Shown: one piece after another, positions 14,067 through 24,928 of the stretch
How positions within the stretch are numbered: the first letter of the stretch is position 1
How the letters are laid out: every line of letters begins with the position of its first letter
Assembly (NCBI RefSeq): GCF_026571515.1
Contig: NW_026859477.1
Coordinates: forward strand, 1-64,000
DNA from: Ruditapes philippinarum
Lineage: Eukaryota
Reading direction: 5' to 3'
DNA: 64,000 nt
The notes under the pieces: model-generated
Seen by the model: the letters and a program-made list of their open reading frames with translations, nothing else
The model's database searches: none
Told to the model about the DNA's origin: nothing
Program-made: the position numbers and the translations under genes

Positions 14067-14264
14067 AAATAAAAATACCATTTGAAAAACAAATGTTCAA
14101 AAATATAGACTGAAGAGTACAAAATATATCTTAACTACCGGTATTAAAATGGTTTTTGTCCAGATAACACAAATTGATTGAATTACTGCATGACATAAAT
14201 ATGTCACAGACAGTTCTGGTTGACTTTTGATATGTGTTTGGCTTGAGGGAACAGGTCTAGCAGT

Positions 14265-14454
14265 CAGTGTCTATTCTAGGAGGGGCGATGAGGGGGATTC
14301 ACCCCTATTTTTGAGAATTCACACCTATATAATATATTGAGAGGAAGGGGGGAAATTTTACATAGACAAAGAAGGAAAAAGATCAACAAATGTAATAAAT
14401 TCTCATTTTTTGATAAAAATCCCCCCTGTTTTTCGAATCCTAGAATAGACACTG
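14265..14454. mobile_element. MITE with 17-bp TIR and 6-bp TSD
   Basis: CAGTGTCTATTCTAGGA ... TCCTAGAATAGACACTG flanked by AGCAGT on both sides (14259-14264, 14455-14460). Confidence 0.82.
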
Positions 14455-15033
14455 AGCAGTAAGTACTATAAAACCTGTTTGCTGAAGTCTCTTTAGCTAA
14501 GTTTTTATATGCACTTTAAGTGCCTTTTCAGCTTTTATTCTTGTGCATCATTCAATATATCAGTTATTTAAACATCAATCTAATTAAGGAGGACTGATAT
14601 TCAATCAAGTAGGACGTGGAGCTTATAAATAGGGTATCTAAGTTAGAGGGTAAATAACATCATTCACACTGTCAAAAGCCTCAAATAAAACAACTGTATA
14701 CACTGTACTTATATATTAATAAGTATATATATTTATAAAGTGAGCTCTATGATACCATTTTCACACCGGTTCATAACCTTAGTACACTTCATGCAAAATA
14801 GGGAGAGAATCTGATAATTTTCTCATCAAAATTATGAGTTTTATAGATATTAACATTTTGTCTCTCACAAAATTACATGAATAAAGTGTTACTACCACCT
14901 TCAAGAATAATAAGCAGACATATGACCATAAGAATGTCTAAACCAGGCAACAAACATCCTGTTGGCTATTAATTTTGCATTGTTTTTTCTTGTATATTTT
15001 CAGAATATGACTGGTTAAACAAGCTGTCTAAAA

Positions 15034-16704
15034 ATGGTGTCTATAATGTTTCTTCAGATTCTTGTGCTAACTGCATCAGCTGTGGATGGCATTTATGTAC
15101 CAGATGCTAGTACGGACAACACCGACCTAAACCTCATCGCTTCTAAGTGTCCAAAAAATTGTAATTGCTCACACCAGCTGATGACCGCTCATTGTCACTT
15201 TAATTATGGGGAAAACAATGATAGAGATTTTTCTGCATGGCACGTCACCAGTCTTAAAATTCATGGAGATAGTTCTACGTGGATTTTTGCGACTTCAAAA
15301 CTGTCAGTGAGAGAAGTGTTGTACCGAGATATGCTTGAAAAAGATGAGAAGAATTTTAGACAAAGCCTTGCCGGATTAACTCATCTTGAAATAAGTTATG
15401 TCCCAATTAGTCAGATCTCCGATACTGATTTTGGTGACCTTAAAAAACTGGTGTCTCTTTCGTTAACTAATGATAATATATCTTACGTAGCACCGCATGC
15501 CTTTGAAAATTTGCTTCATCTTGAAGATTTGAATCTGGACAGCAACCAAATACAGAAGCTTTCTGATAATGTTTTCAAAAAATTAGAAAATTTGCAAAAT
15601 CTTCAGCTTAGAGGCAATATGTTGAATGTGATAAAAGGGAAAGTATTTGAAGGTTTACCTAACCTTAAATCGCTTGATCTAAGAAATAATCAGATTGAGT
15701 ACTTGGATACATTTGTTCATAGTTTAAATAGCCTAAATACATTGGATGTACGAGGGAACGAAATTTCGTATGTGTCGGAAAATACTGTTGAAAAACTGCT
15801 CCAGTTTGGTCAAGTTTTTCTCTCTAAAAATCCATTTTGGTGCTCATGTTCATTAAAAGAATTTATCCGAGCTTATCAGTTTAAATCATCGTCAATGGAA
15901 GATTCCCTAACATGTTTAGCTCCAGAAGAGCTAGCGCATGTGAAATTTGAGGATTTGAACTTGGACAGTCTTCCTTGTCATGGTGCCAATGTGACGTCAT
16001 TGGTAAGGTCTTCGAGCACCCTTTACCAGCAGTCTCTAGTTTTAGACTGTCAGGTTTCTGGTGATCTACCATTGGCACTTTACTGGATTACACCATGGGG
16101 TGAAAATTTTACCAACACAAGATCTAAATTAACTTTTCCCGACGACTTTGAAGCCATGAAAAGCGAAGAGTCAATTTCTGCACTTAATTTATTGGTGACC
16201 TCAAAGGTATACGTTTCTAAAAATGGATCATTACATATTGAGAAGTACAGAGGTTATTTTGCAGGAGATTTTACTTGTGTTGGAGTCAACTTGAATGGAC
16301 AAAGTAACCAAACATTGTACGTTACAATAGAACATAAACTGCCTATGATACACATTACAAGTCTTTTCGTTGGTGCTTTCTCGGGAGGTTCAATGTTTGT
16401 ACTTGCCATTATTATCGGAATGGTGCGATTGTTCGTGAATAAATGTCTTCATTCGGACACGTGTAACTGCTGTTGCTGTCATTGTGATGATGTGGAAATT
16501 TATGAATATGATGAAAAAGTCAAGATTGAGGACCTTGACATGGAGATTGAGGTCAAGACGAATGAAAGCGATTGTTCGCCGGATTTCTCGGAATATGATC
16601 CGAGCCTACCACCACCGGATCCGCCTGTTAATTCGCCACAACTTAGATTGTCTCCTGATAAGTGTACAACTCCAGATAATGAAGAAAACTCGGACCAAAC
16701 TAAG
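15034..16704 (+). CDS. LRR-Ig single-pass membrane protein (LRRN/LRIT/LINGO-like architecture), coding exon 1
   Basis: Signal peptide; LRRNT CPKNCNC; several LxxLxLxxN repeats; LRRCT NPFWCSC; Ig domain (LDCQVSG...YW...GDFTC); TM segment; Cys-rich juxtamembrane tail. Acceptor TTTTCAG ends at 15003; donor AAG|GTTTGT after 16704 (phase 0). Confidence 0.93.
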
Positions 16705-17934
16705 GTTTGTATGCAATAGATTTACTCCGGAATTCAGAATATTTACATAAGATGTGGTTAACTTTATTATGCTTTCTTAGACGTTACGAAGTAAAATATT
16801 AAATTATAGTTGATTGCCAGCTTGTCCATTCAGACAACTTTTCCTACTCACAAATATGCTGTTTCCAAACCTTTTCCTAGCCATTTTAGGAAAAAGTACC
16901 TTGCATCCATGTAATCAGCTAGTAAAGGACTGATCACATCGTTTGGCAGAAAAAAGGATTTTTTTTTCTGTCTGTAACAATTTCTATTAATGTTTAGTAT
17001 TACATATAAATTTTATTTCCCAAAAAGCAAATTTAAAAAAAAAACCTGTTAACTTAAGGGTCTTCTGTTTTTGGTTTAAAATTCAGAATTATTTTTTAGG
17101 GGTTGTTTTTAAATAGGTGAAAAGTATGTATTAACCAGGGACGGGAATGGAACCGAAGATTTACCCCCAAAATAAGGAAATGAAGGCCCCAATAGTACAG
17201 TCTGACTATGTACATGGTACTGTTCAAGTGTTGGCTGCAAAATTTTAACATTTTGATATACATGTAGAATCTTATAAAACTTACAGTCATGTAAATTGAT
17301 TTTTAATTCAGATTTAATTAGTCTATGCATTGGGCAGAGCATTATATGTAAATACATTAAAGTTTATTAGGCCATTGTTTAAAACTATACTTGGGTAATG
17401 CAAACTGCATGGATAGGTGTGCGATTTACAATTCAGCCATTGTCTACTGTGACCTCATTAAAATTATTGACAAAAAAAAAAATTCAATAACCTGTCAGCC
17501 ATGCACTGAAATGGGCAGACTTTGAATGAAAATAAAAACCAATATATGGCAGGACCTCAATAATTTTATACTGTATATGCATACTAAGTGCAGTTGTACC
17601 ACAAAGGTTTAATGATATCATATAACACAAGTTTTTTTAAATTTCTTATTCAAGGTTTGTGGTATTTAATTACAAATTTGCAAGGGAATATCGTGAACTA
17701 TATAAGTTGACTTTTAAATTATATATCATATCTAAATTTTGTGTTGCGCTTTATGATTTCTGCAAAGATATGTTACCTTTTAGTAATATACTGTATTGAT
17801 TATAAAAATACTGAAGAAAAAAGTGTCCAAATCAAATGTAATTAGATACTAGTTGTTTTGTATTCAAATTTACAGAAAAAGTACAATTATCTGATATAAT
17901 ATAGGTTTTATGATCTGACCTGAATCAGAAGCAC

Positions 17935-18566
17935 ATCAGTTACCTATAGCTTTAACCATTTTTCCATAATTATAGACCCACTAAGTTAAACCAGTAAATC
18001 CAGTTACCTATATATACATTGTACATGTATGATAATAGCCTTAACCACTTTGCCATGTAGACCAACTAGTTAGTTACCTGTAGTAGCCTGAGCCTTAACC
18101 ACTCAACTATGTAGACCCACTAAGTTAAGCCCATAAAACCAGTTACCTATAATATTTAGCCTTAAGCACTCTGCCATGTAGACCCACTAAATTAAGCCAA
18201 TAAAACCAGTTACCGAAAATAGCTTTTACGACTCTGCTATGAAGACCCATTAAGTTAAGCCAATAAAACCAGTTACCTATACTAGCCTTAAGCACTTTGC
18301 CATGTAGACCCACTAAGTTAAGCCAATAAAACCAGTTATGTACATGTATAGCCTTTACCATTCTGCCATGTACTAAGCTAACTAAGCCAACCAGATACCT
18401 ATAATAGTCTTAACCACTTTACCCTGTACATGTAGAGACCCACTAAGTTTAGCCAATAAAGCCAGTTACCTATAATAGCCTTTACCACTTTGCCATGTAG
18501 AACCACTAAGTTAAGCCAATAAAACCAGTTACGTAATGTATAGCTTTAACCACTCTGCCATGTAGA
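17935..18566. repeat. Intronic ~60-bp tandem repeat (~10 units)
   Basis: Recurrent GACCCACTAAGTTAAGCCAATAAAACCAGTTACC...GCCATGTA. Confidence 0.88.
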
Positions 18567-19137
18567 AAAGTCTTCATTTACCAGACTCTTGTTTTACCAT
18601 TAGTCACCGAAAATAGTCAAGCATACTGTTCTACGGACAGTTTTTGTTTAATAAACACACTTGTATATTTCTGAGTAGGGACTCTAATATTACTTTGGCT
18701 GTAAAAAATCATTCATATTTACATAGTATAATTTTCATAAACTTTTTAAGCTTTTGTAAAAAAATATAATCCATTTAAGTTTGCTATCTTTGATGAGGAT
18801 TTATCACGCTTCAGTGACCAATCTATCTTCACGTATTTACTTAAACTTGTAAAGTATATAGGTTTGGTATAATATTTCATGGACAATTTTGTAAATTTAT
18901 GTAAACTCCATTAAATGGATTTTTATGCCCACGGATCAATTAAGACCAAGATCAGGAGGGCATATTGCTTATGGTGTGTCTGCCTTTTTTGGAACAAGGC
19001 CTTAAGCTTTATGCCTTTAAACATAGCATGGAAGTCCTTCCTTCTACAGCTTCCACATCATTTACATGTATCTTGACTAATTCTACCCTCTAGTCTCATT
19101 GAGAGGTCACAGGGGCAAAGATTAAGGACACCAGGGA

Positions 19138-19864
19138 CAGAGCTGCATCAGTACTCAGGGTGTAGTACTTAAGTACCAGTACCAGTACTTGGCAAATTAT
19201 GCAGTACCAGTACCAGTACTAGATTTTAGCTCGGTACTGCAGTACCAGTACTTTTTTTGGTGAAGTAATTAAGTATCAAATCTTTTATTTAAAACACAGC
19301 AGTCTTTTGTTGCCTTTCACACCTTCACACCTCTGTTCAATTTATACCAAAAGTAAATAACAACTTTTTATGGTGCTAACAATATCACTTTTTTCACTTG
19401 AAATGGGATTATTTAGAATAGAAGAAATTAATTAGTGTTTATTTTGCTCTTTTAATAGTAAATACAAAGTAATAACAGATTTTAATAAGGATATTTTAGG
19501 GTAAAGAGTTATTGAGTCTGTTTATCTTAATTTAATTTTTACTTTAAAGTCTTTGGTGCTTTATATGATGAATACTATGTTAACATTTGAAGGAATATTG
19601 CAGCAAATTATCTTTAGATTCGATAACTTACTTTTTCACAAAAATAAAATAAAGTTAATGTAATTTACAGCTTTATTTTATGAGAAAAATTGATGCTATT
19701 TTTAATTTTTATCAAAACCAAAAGTACTGGGTAATGCAGTAGCAGTACCACTTTTTCAGACAGTAATGCAGTACCAGTACCAGTAGTAGCAAAATTTTGT
19801 AAGAGTAATTCAGTATCAGTACCAGTACTTGCAAAATCGCTGCAGTACCAGTAATGCAGCTCTG
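19138..19864. mobile_element. hAT-type MITE
   Basis: TIR CAGAGCTGCAT ... ATGCAGCTCTG; exact 8-bp TSD ACCAGGGA; subterminal CAGTAC repeats. Confidence 0.9.
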
Positions 19865-20049
19865 ACCAGGGATAGGGCCCCCTCACCCCACCCCTGGGGT
19901 ATGAGACATGGTCTAAAACTTTACATTAATACAAATGTAATTGCCTTATACAACTGGAAATTTGCAGGAAAAAGCAAAACTTTTTGTGTTTAAAAATTTT
20001 TATCAACATTTTTTCAATCTTTACCCTATAACTTTTTTTTTTTACAAAA

Positions 20050-20184
20050 AATTTAACGGGAAACCCGCCCCCAATTTGGGATCGGGTTTGATGAAGAAAG
20101 GGCCCAAGGTTACCGATGTGTGCAGGGAAAATGGGAAGGGAAAGTTGGGATCTCATGTTAAAGGACCCATTACGGAAAAACAGG
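20050..20184 (+). CDS. LRR-Ig protein, inferred coding exon 2 (sequence corrupted by homopolymer errors; boundaries approximate)
   Basis: Exon 1 ends in phase 0 and exon 3 starts in phase 1, so an intervening exon is needed. After a poly-T tract, collapsing homopolymers gives approximately DE.RARLRCGAGKMEKVGSHVKTITET-G followed by a GT donor. Confidence 0.6.
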
Positions 20185-20902
20185 GTTTTAAAATTTTCTT
20201 TAAAACCATTTACACTTTGTAAAAAAATGGGGAAAATTTTTGCTAAACGTGGATGCATTGTAAACAGAAAAAAATGTTTTTGTCACTGCTCTCTACGTTT
20301 TTTTTAATCAGACTACCAACTGTTTCTAAAGATGTGAAGTAGCTTCATTTTAGCTTGGCTATTTTGTAAGATAGTGGGGTGATCATACTTGCCTATGCAT
20401 CTGCATAAAACCTGTTATAGGGTTTTGTACCAAAAAGTCTTAATCAACTGTTTAAGGTCTACGCTTGAAACTTCAAACATGTCTTTCAGGTCGTAATTCA
20501 AGTTCTCTATCCAAGGCCTGTAACTCTAGCAATGCTGCATGGATATGAACTGAATTATAGACCTTTGTGAAAATATTAAGGAATGAATAACTTCGCATGG
20601 ATATTGAAGGAGACATTCCCCTTTGTAAATTCCTATGATATAAGCAAGGCTCTTGTTTTAATTACAAACACTGAGAATATTAAAGAACACTGGCGGCACT
20701 TGTAGATCATGATCAAGATTACCCGTGTCAAATGTAAAAAAAAAATGAAAAAAAGTGAAATCCCTAATTTTTTTTTGTTACAAAATCATGTCTAAGTTTA
20801 CATAACTTGTGGAGCAGACTTTATCAGATACTTTATAAAGCGTTGGAGTATAAGCTTCTAGATACCTAAATTGAAAGAGTTGCTTTTTGCTTTTATTTTA
20901 AG

Positions 20903-21021
20903 GTACTCTGAAGATAAGGAATATTAAGGACGCAGGAAGTATGAAGATACAGTCTATAAAGGAGACTAGTTCAAATGCAGCTTCGAAGGTGAAGAAAAAT
21001 GTAGCCAGTGGAATGGTACAG
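20903..21021 (+). CDS. LRR-Ig protein, coding exon 3
   Basis: TTTTAAG|GT ACT CTG ... GTA CAG|GTACGT; open frame (G)TLKIRNIKDAGSMKIQSIKETSSNAASKVKKNVASGMVQ; phase 1 to 0. Confidence 0.85.
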
Positions 21022-21065
21022 GTACGTCATTTAGACATTCAATGTGTTTTCTAAAAATATACTGA

Positions 21066-21318
21066 CCACTTGTGGCTGAGGGGTTGCCTTTATGGGTTGC
21101 TGCATCTGAATTGCAGCCACTGTTTAACCCTGCGTAAAATTAATGTAAGAGGCGACTAAATGGGTTCGAATTACTGGAGTCTATGCATTTCTTACCTCCA
21201 GCAGGTGAGGTGGTATTGACCCCTGGTGTTGCTTAACATATTTAACACCCAATATTGCCAAAATCATCTTTCCTGTTTTGGCAATGTATGACCTAAACTG
21301 TGTTGGTGCACTGTAATC
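21066..21318 (+). mobile_element. Short retroposon without a tRNA head (copy 1)
   Basis: Alignable to 29742-29975; 3' ATGACCTAAACTGTGTTGGTGC...TAA resembles the tail of the SINE at 24641-24928; followed by C and A tracts. Confidence 0.65.
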
Positions 21319-21708
21319 CCCCCCCCCCCCCCCCTCCCCTCCCAAAAAAAAAATTCAAAAAATTCTGTCCACTTGCTCAGCTCAATAGGGAAAGCATGCT
21401 ATTTATAACCCAGTAGTCGCTGGTTCAATCCTTGGTATAACAAAATTTCTAGGATAAATTTGCTCTACAGAAGTTATACTTACTTTATGACTTGTTTGTA
21501 TTGATCCCATAGGTTATGCATTGCTTCGTCCAGAACAAGGGCAGATAACTTGAAAATGAGGACGGTGACCCCAAATTTGTTTTTGTTAAGATATTCTAAC
21601 AACATGCCAAGGATAAAGAAATTCTATTGAACAGTTTTAATTTTGCCTATATGTTTATATGAAAACTCCCGAAAACGTCCTTAACTTGATTTTTTTATCA
21701 TTATGTAG

Positions 21709-21849
21709 GTGAAATATGGGGTGCAATCTATCAAAGAGTTTTGTGGGACAAGCGACATGGGACCAGGAACCATTTCCATGGTATCTATATCCACTGATGT
21801 TGATACAAAAGAGCAAGTTCAGATGGTCAGATCGCACACATTCGTGTGA
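21709..21849 (+). CDS. LRR-Ig protein, terminal coding exon
   Basis: TGTAG|GTG AAA TAT; VKYGVQSIKEFCGTSDMGPGTISMVSISTDVDTKEQVQMVRSHTFV*; in phase with exon 3; ends in T-F-V (class I PDZ-ligand pattern). Confidence 0.87.
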   Translation: MKYGVQSIKEFCGTSDMGPGTISMVSISTDVDTKEQVQMVRSHTFV

Positions 21850-21904
21850 AGCAGTAAATCCAGGAAATTAGACTAGGTTCTGTTATATATAGAATATTCC
21901 ATTT

Positions 21905-21988
21905 TATGGTCATCTGATCACTGAATATGGTCATGTGATCGCTGTTTATGGTCATGTGATCACTGATTATGGTCATGTGCTCACTGTT
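21905..21988. repeat. 20-bp tandem repeat (4 units) in the LRR gene 3' UTR
   Basis: TATGGTCATGTGATCACTGA-like unit x4. Confidence 0.8.
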
Positions 21989-23528
21989 CGGGGGATCCCA
22001 GGTAGTGATAATGTGATCACTCATTATTGTCAGGTGAATACTTATTATTTCGTATGATGTACAGCTTTTGTGTTTTTATTTTCAAATTTTGCATTGCATC
22101 ATATATTGTGCCTAATAAAGTTATGTAAAAACAAAAGAAAATTTCCAATAGTTGACGCTCATGAAAATCCAGGTATAGTAAATTCTGAAATTTACACAAG
22201 GAATTAAATTTCACTTAAATGTTAGTTTGATATCTGCCCTATGAATTTTGCCAGTATTTAATCCTCGCCAATTATTGTCATGAAATTTCAGTATACAATA
22301 ATGTCTGACTTTACAGCATATTAAGCAGTAAAAATGTTATATAAAATTATTTTTATCAGTGAAAATAGTCTGTTTTTAATCAGTGAAAATGTCGGTTAAT
22401 TATACAGTAATGGCCTTTTGGGTGTTTTTTGGTGGGGGATTGGGGAGGGGCTATGGTAATTAAATGGTATAGAGTTAAATTAAACTTTGGCTGACAGAAT
22501 AATTATTTACATCATGTTAAGAATCATATCAAAATAGCTTAATGCAAAGAATGATTTTTGTTATTTCTGTGAAATAACTTCAGATATATAGCCTTACACT
22601 CTTTAAGCAAATCTTAAACGTTCTATGTCTAACTTGTAGCCTTCAGTCTATTCTCACTTTCACTGTTTCTTACCCTTTTAAAGTAATTGCACTGTCTTCA
22701 TTTATCAAAAAATGAAATATTACAAAAATAGGCACTTTTTTAAAAATTGCTAAAAAAAATCAAACACTAGGAAATTTAAATGTTCTCTAGCTGTTTATAT
22801 AAATAAACTTTTATACTTGATGTATCATTGCACCTTTTTAAGCTTATACTATATTGTTAATCAAATACATCAGTCTTTGTCATTTTTACTCAAACAGATT
22901 TTTTATTTCCCCTTTTGTGCAAGTACTTATAGATTTGCCTTAGCTAATATTAATAATCAATGTGGCAACACCAAAGCTTTAAGGAACTTAACTCTTGTGA
23001 AAAAAAATGTAACTCGCATTTCAGTGAGCAATATATGGCCATCTCGGCTTTCTTGTTTATATTTTGTTTATCATCTTTTATAAATATGTGATAAAAAATG
23101 TATATGAGCTTCCAATTCTTTTCAGTCTAGGGTTTTATTTTTGGGGGTGTGTTGTGTTTTTTTGTTCTTTTAAAATAAATTGTTTTCTTAAGAAGCTTGC
23201 AAAGTGAAGTGAAAGCGTCATGAAGGGAAGTATTTTTGTTTTTCATATTTTTATATAATTAATAATCACAATTGAATAATACTGCTTTTTTTTTAAGCTA
23301 TTAAAATATTGTTTCAGTCTAGAAACTGGTTTTGTTCAGGATACCTATTATGTTAGTCTAGAAACTGACTCTGTCCCAAAACAGGGATTATTTCAGTGCT
23401 TTTTCTATGACATTATAAAAGGTTTAGTATTATGTGCTTTATACATGTTTTTTATACATTCCAAACTTCTGTGATAGTGTGCAATAAAAAAGATTGATGT
23501 TAAAATAAGGGCTGTCATTGAATATAGC

Positions 23529-23975
23529 TTCAGTTTCAGTTTATTTCTAGTAATATGGGCCTCAGGCCCAAAATACAAAGTACAACAATACATCAAACAG
23601 CAGAGTGATAAATTGCAAAATACATTTGTTACTAGATGTAATGAATTGAATTTGTAAATAATTATACAGTATTTAGCTCTTCATTTCTTACATTCATTGC
23701 ATAATATATATATATTTAGCAATAGATATTACTTCATTTGTTATTGTTGATGACATGAGAGAATAAAATAAATGGTGAGAATGATGATGTAACCATGTAT
23801 CTTTAAAATAGACAGCTCTAATATTGTTATATAATGAACATTCAAAGAAAAAATGATATTCATCCTCAATAACATAAATATTTGTCTTTAGGCAATGAAA
23901 GCAATATCTTAAATCTCTATCTATTCCAATATGTCTACCTTTCTCTATCATAAGATTATGACATGAACAGCGAAA
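23529..23975 (-). mobile_element. 5'-truncated non-LTR retrotransposon (RTEX-like 3' end)
   Basis: Encodes FRCSCHNLMIEKGR...CFHC...IEDEYHFFFEC (ORF2 C-terminal Cys/His domain); 3' AATAAACTGAAACTGAA tail; 12-bp TSD ATTGAATATAGC (23517-23528, 23976-23987). Confidence 0.88.
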
Positions 23976-24242
23976 ATTGAATATAGCGATAATGATGAAT
24001 ACGGTGATAATCGATTAATCATCGATATTCAATGTTCAAATGTTCAATATCAATTCACGATTTAAAGTAATGTTACAATTTAAAATCTATTATCCCTGTT
24101 TTGTGAAAAAATCTCTCTATTTTATCTGCAGAGAGGTCACTTCTCATCTTTTTTTCTTGGCCAATTGTTTAACTTTGAACTCTGCATTTAGATTTTAGAG
24201 GTCAGTGAGAAATAATAAAAAAAAAATCCTCTAAGTCATATA

Positions 24243-24473
24243 TGAGCCGTGTCATGACAAATTCAACATAATGGGTTTGCCACCAGCATGAATCCAAACC
24301 AGCGGATGCGCAGGCTGGTCTGGATCCATGCTGGTCGCTATCAGTTTCTCTACTTGTAATAGGGTTTGTAAGCGAACAGCATGGATCCTGATCAGACTGC
24401 GCGGATGCGCAGGCTGGTCTGGATCCATGCTGGTCGCAAACCCATTATGCTGGTTTTGTCATGACACGGCTCA
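24243..24473. mobile_element. Palindromic ~235-bp MITE (TGAGCC...GGCTCA family), copy 1
   Basis: Almost fully self-complementary; four copies in the window. Confidence 0.9.
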
Positions 24474-24640
24474 TGTGTGTATAATGTTTGTTGAATAAAA
24501 AAGCATGCATACCATCATGGTGTCAGTTAAAACATAATTACAATGTATATTATATTTAGATGGTTTTCAAGCTATTTTATTTGATATATCGACATATTGC
24601 CAATATTTGGCTTCTGATATATTGATGCAAAAATTTTCAA

Positions 24641-24928
24641 GGGCCATCCATGGCCAAGTTGATTTAAGTCGTTGACTTCCAACCACTTGCACCCTCACCG
24701 CTTTGGGTTTGAGTCCCGACATAGACTTTCTTTTTTTTTTTTTTCAAGTGAGGAAGTTATCATGCAAGCTTATGGACATCAATGGTTCTATTTCTTCCTG
24801 AAATAATGCAAGGGTGAGAATGGAGAGGTCTACCTCCTCCAGTAAAGCTGGAAAGTCACAATATGACCTTAACTGTGTTAGTGCAGTGTAAATCCCAATC
24901 CAAAAATAAAAAATGATAATAATAATAA
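24641..24928 (+). mobile_element. tRNA-derived SINE
   Basis: A-box-like TGGCCAAGTTG, B-box-like GGTTTGAGTCCC; 3' ATATGACCTTAACTGTGTT...TAAATCCC and A-rich tail. Confidence 0.75.

Noticed and set aside
16705-16719. LRR protein ending at ...VCMQ* as in the ORF track
   Set aside because: A GT donor follows K557 and downstream exons continue a coherent tail; the ORF end is most likely intron readthrough.
19926-20307. ORFs of 63-110 aa on both strands
   Set aside because: K/F/G/P-rich products of homopolymer-inflated sequence, not real proteins.
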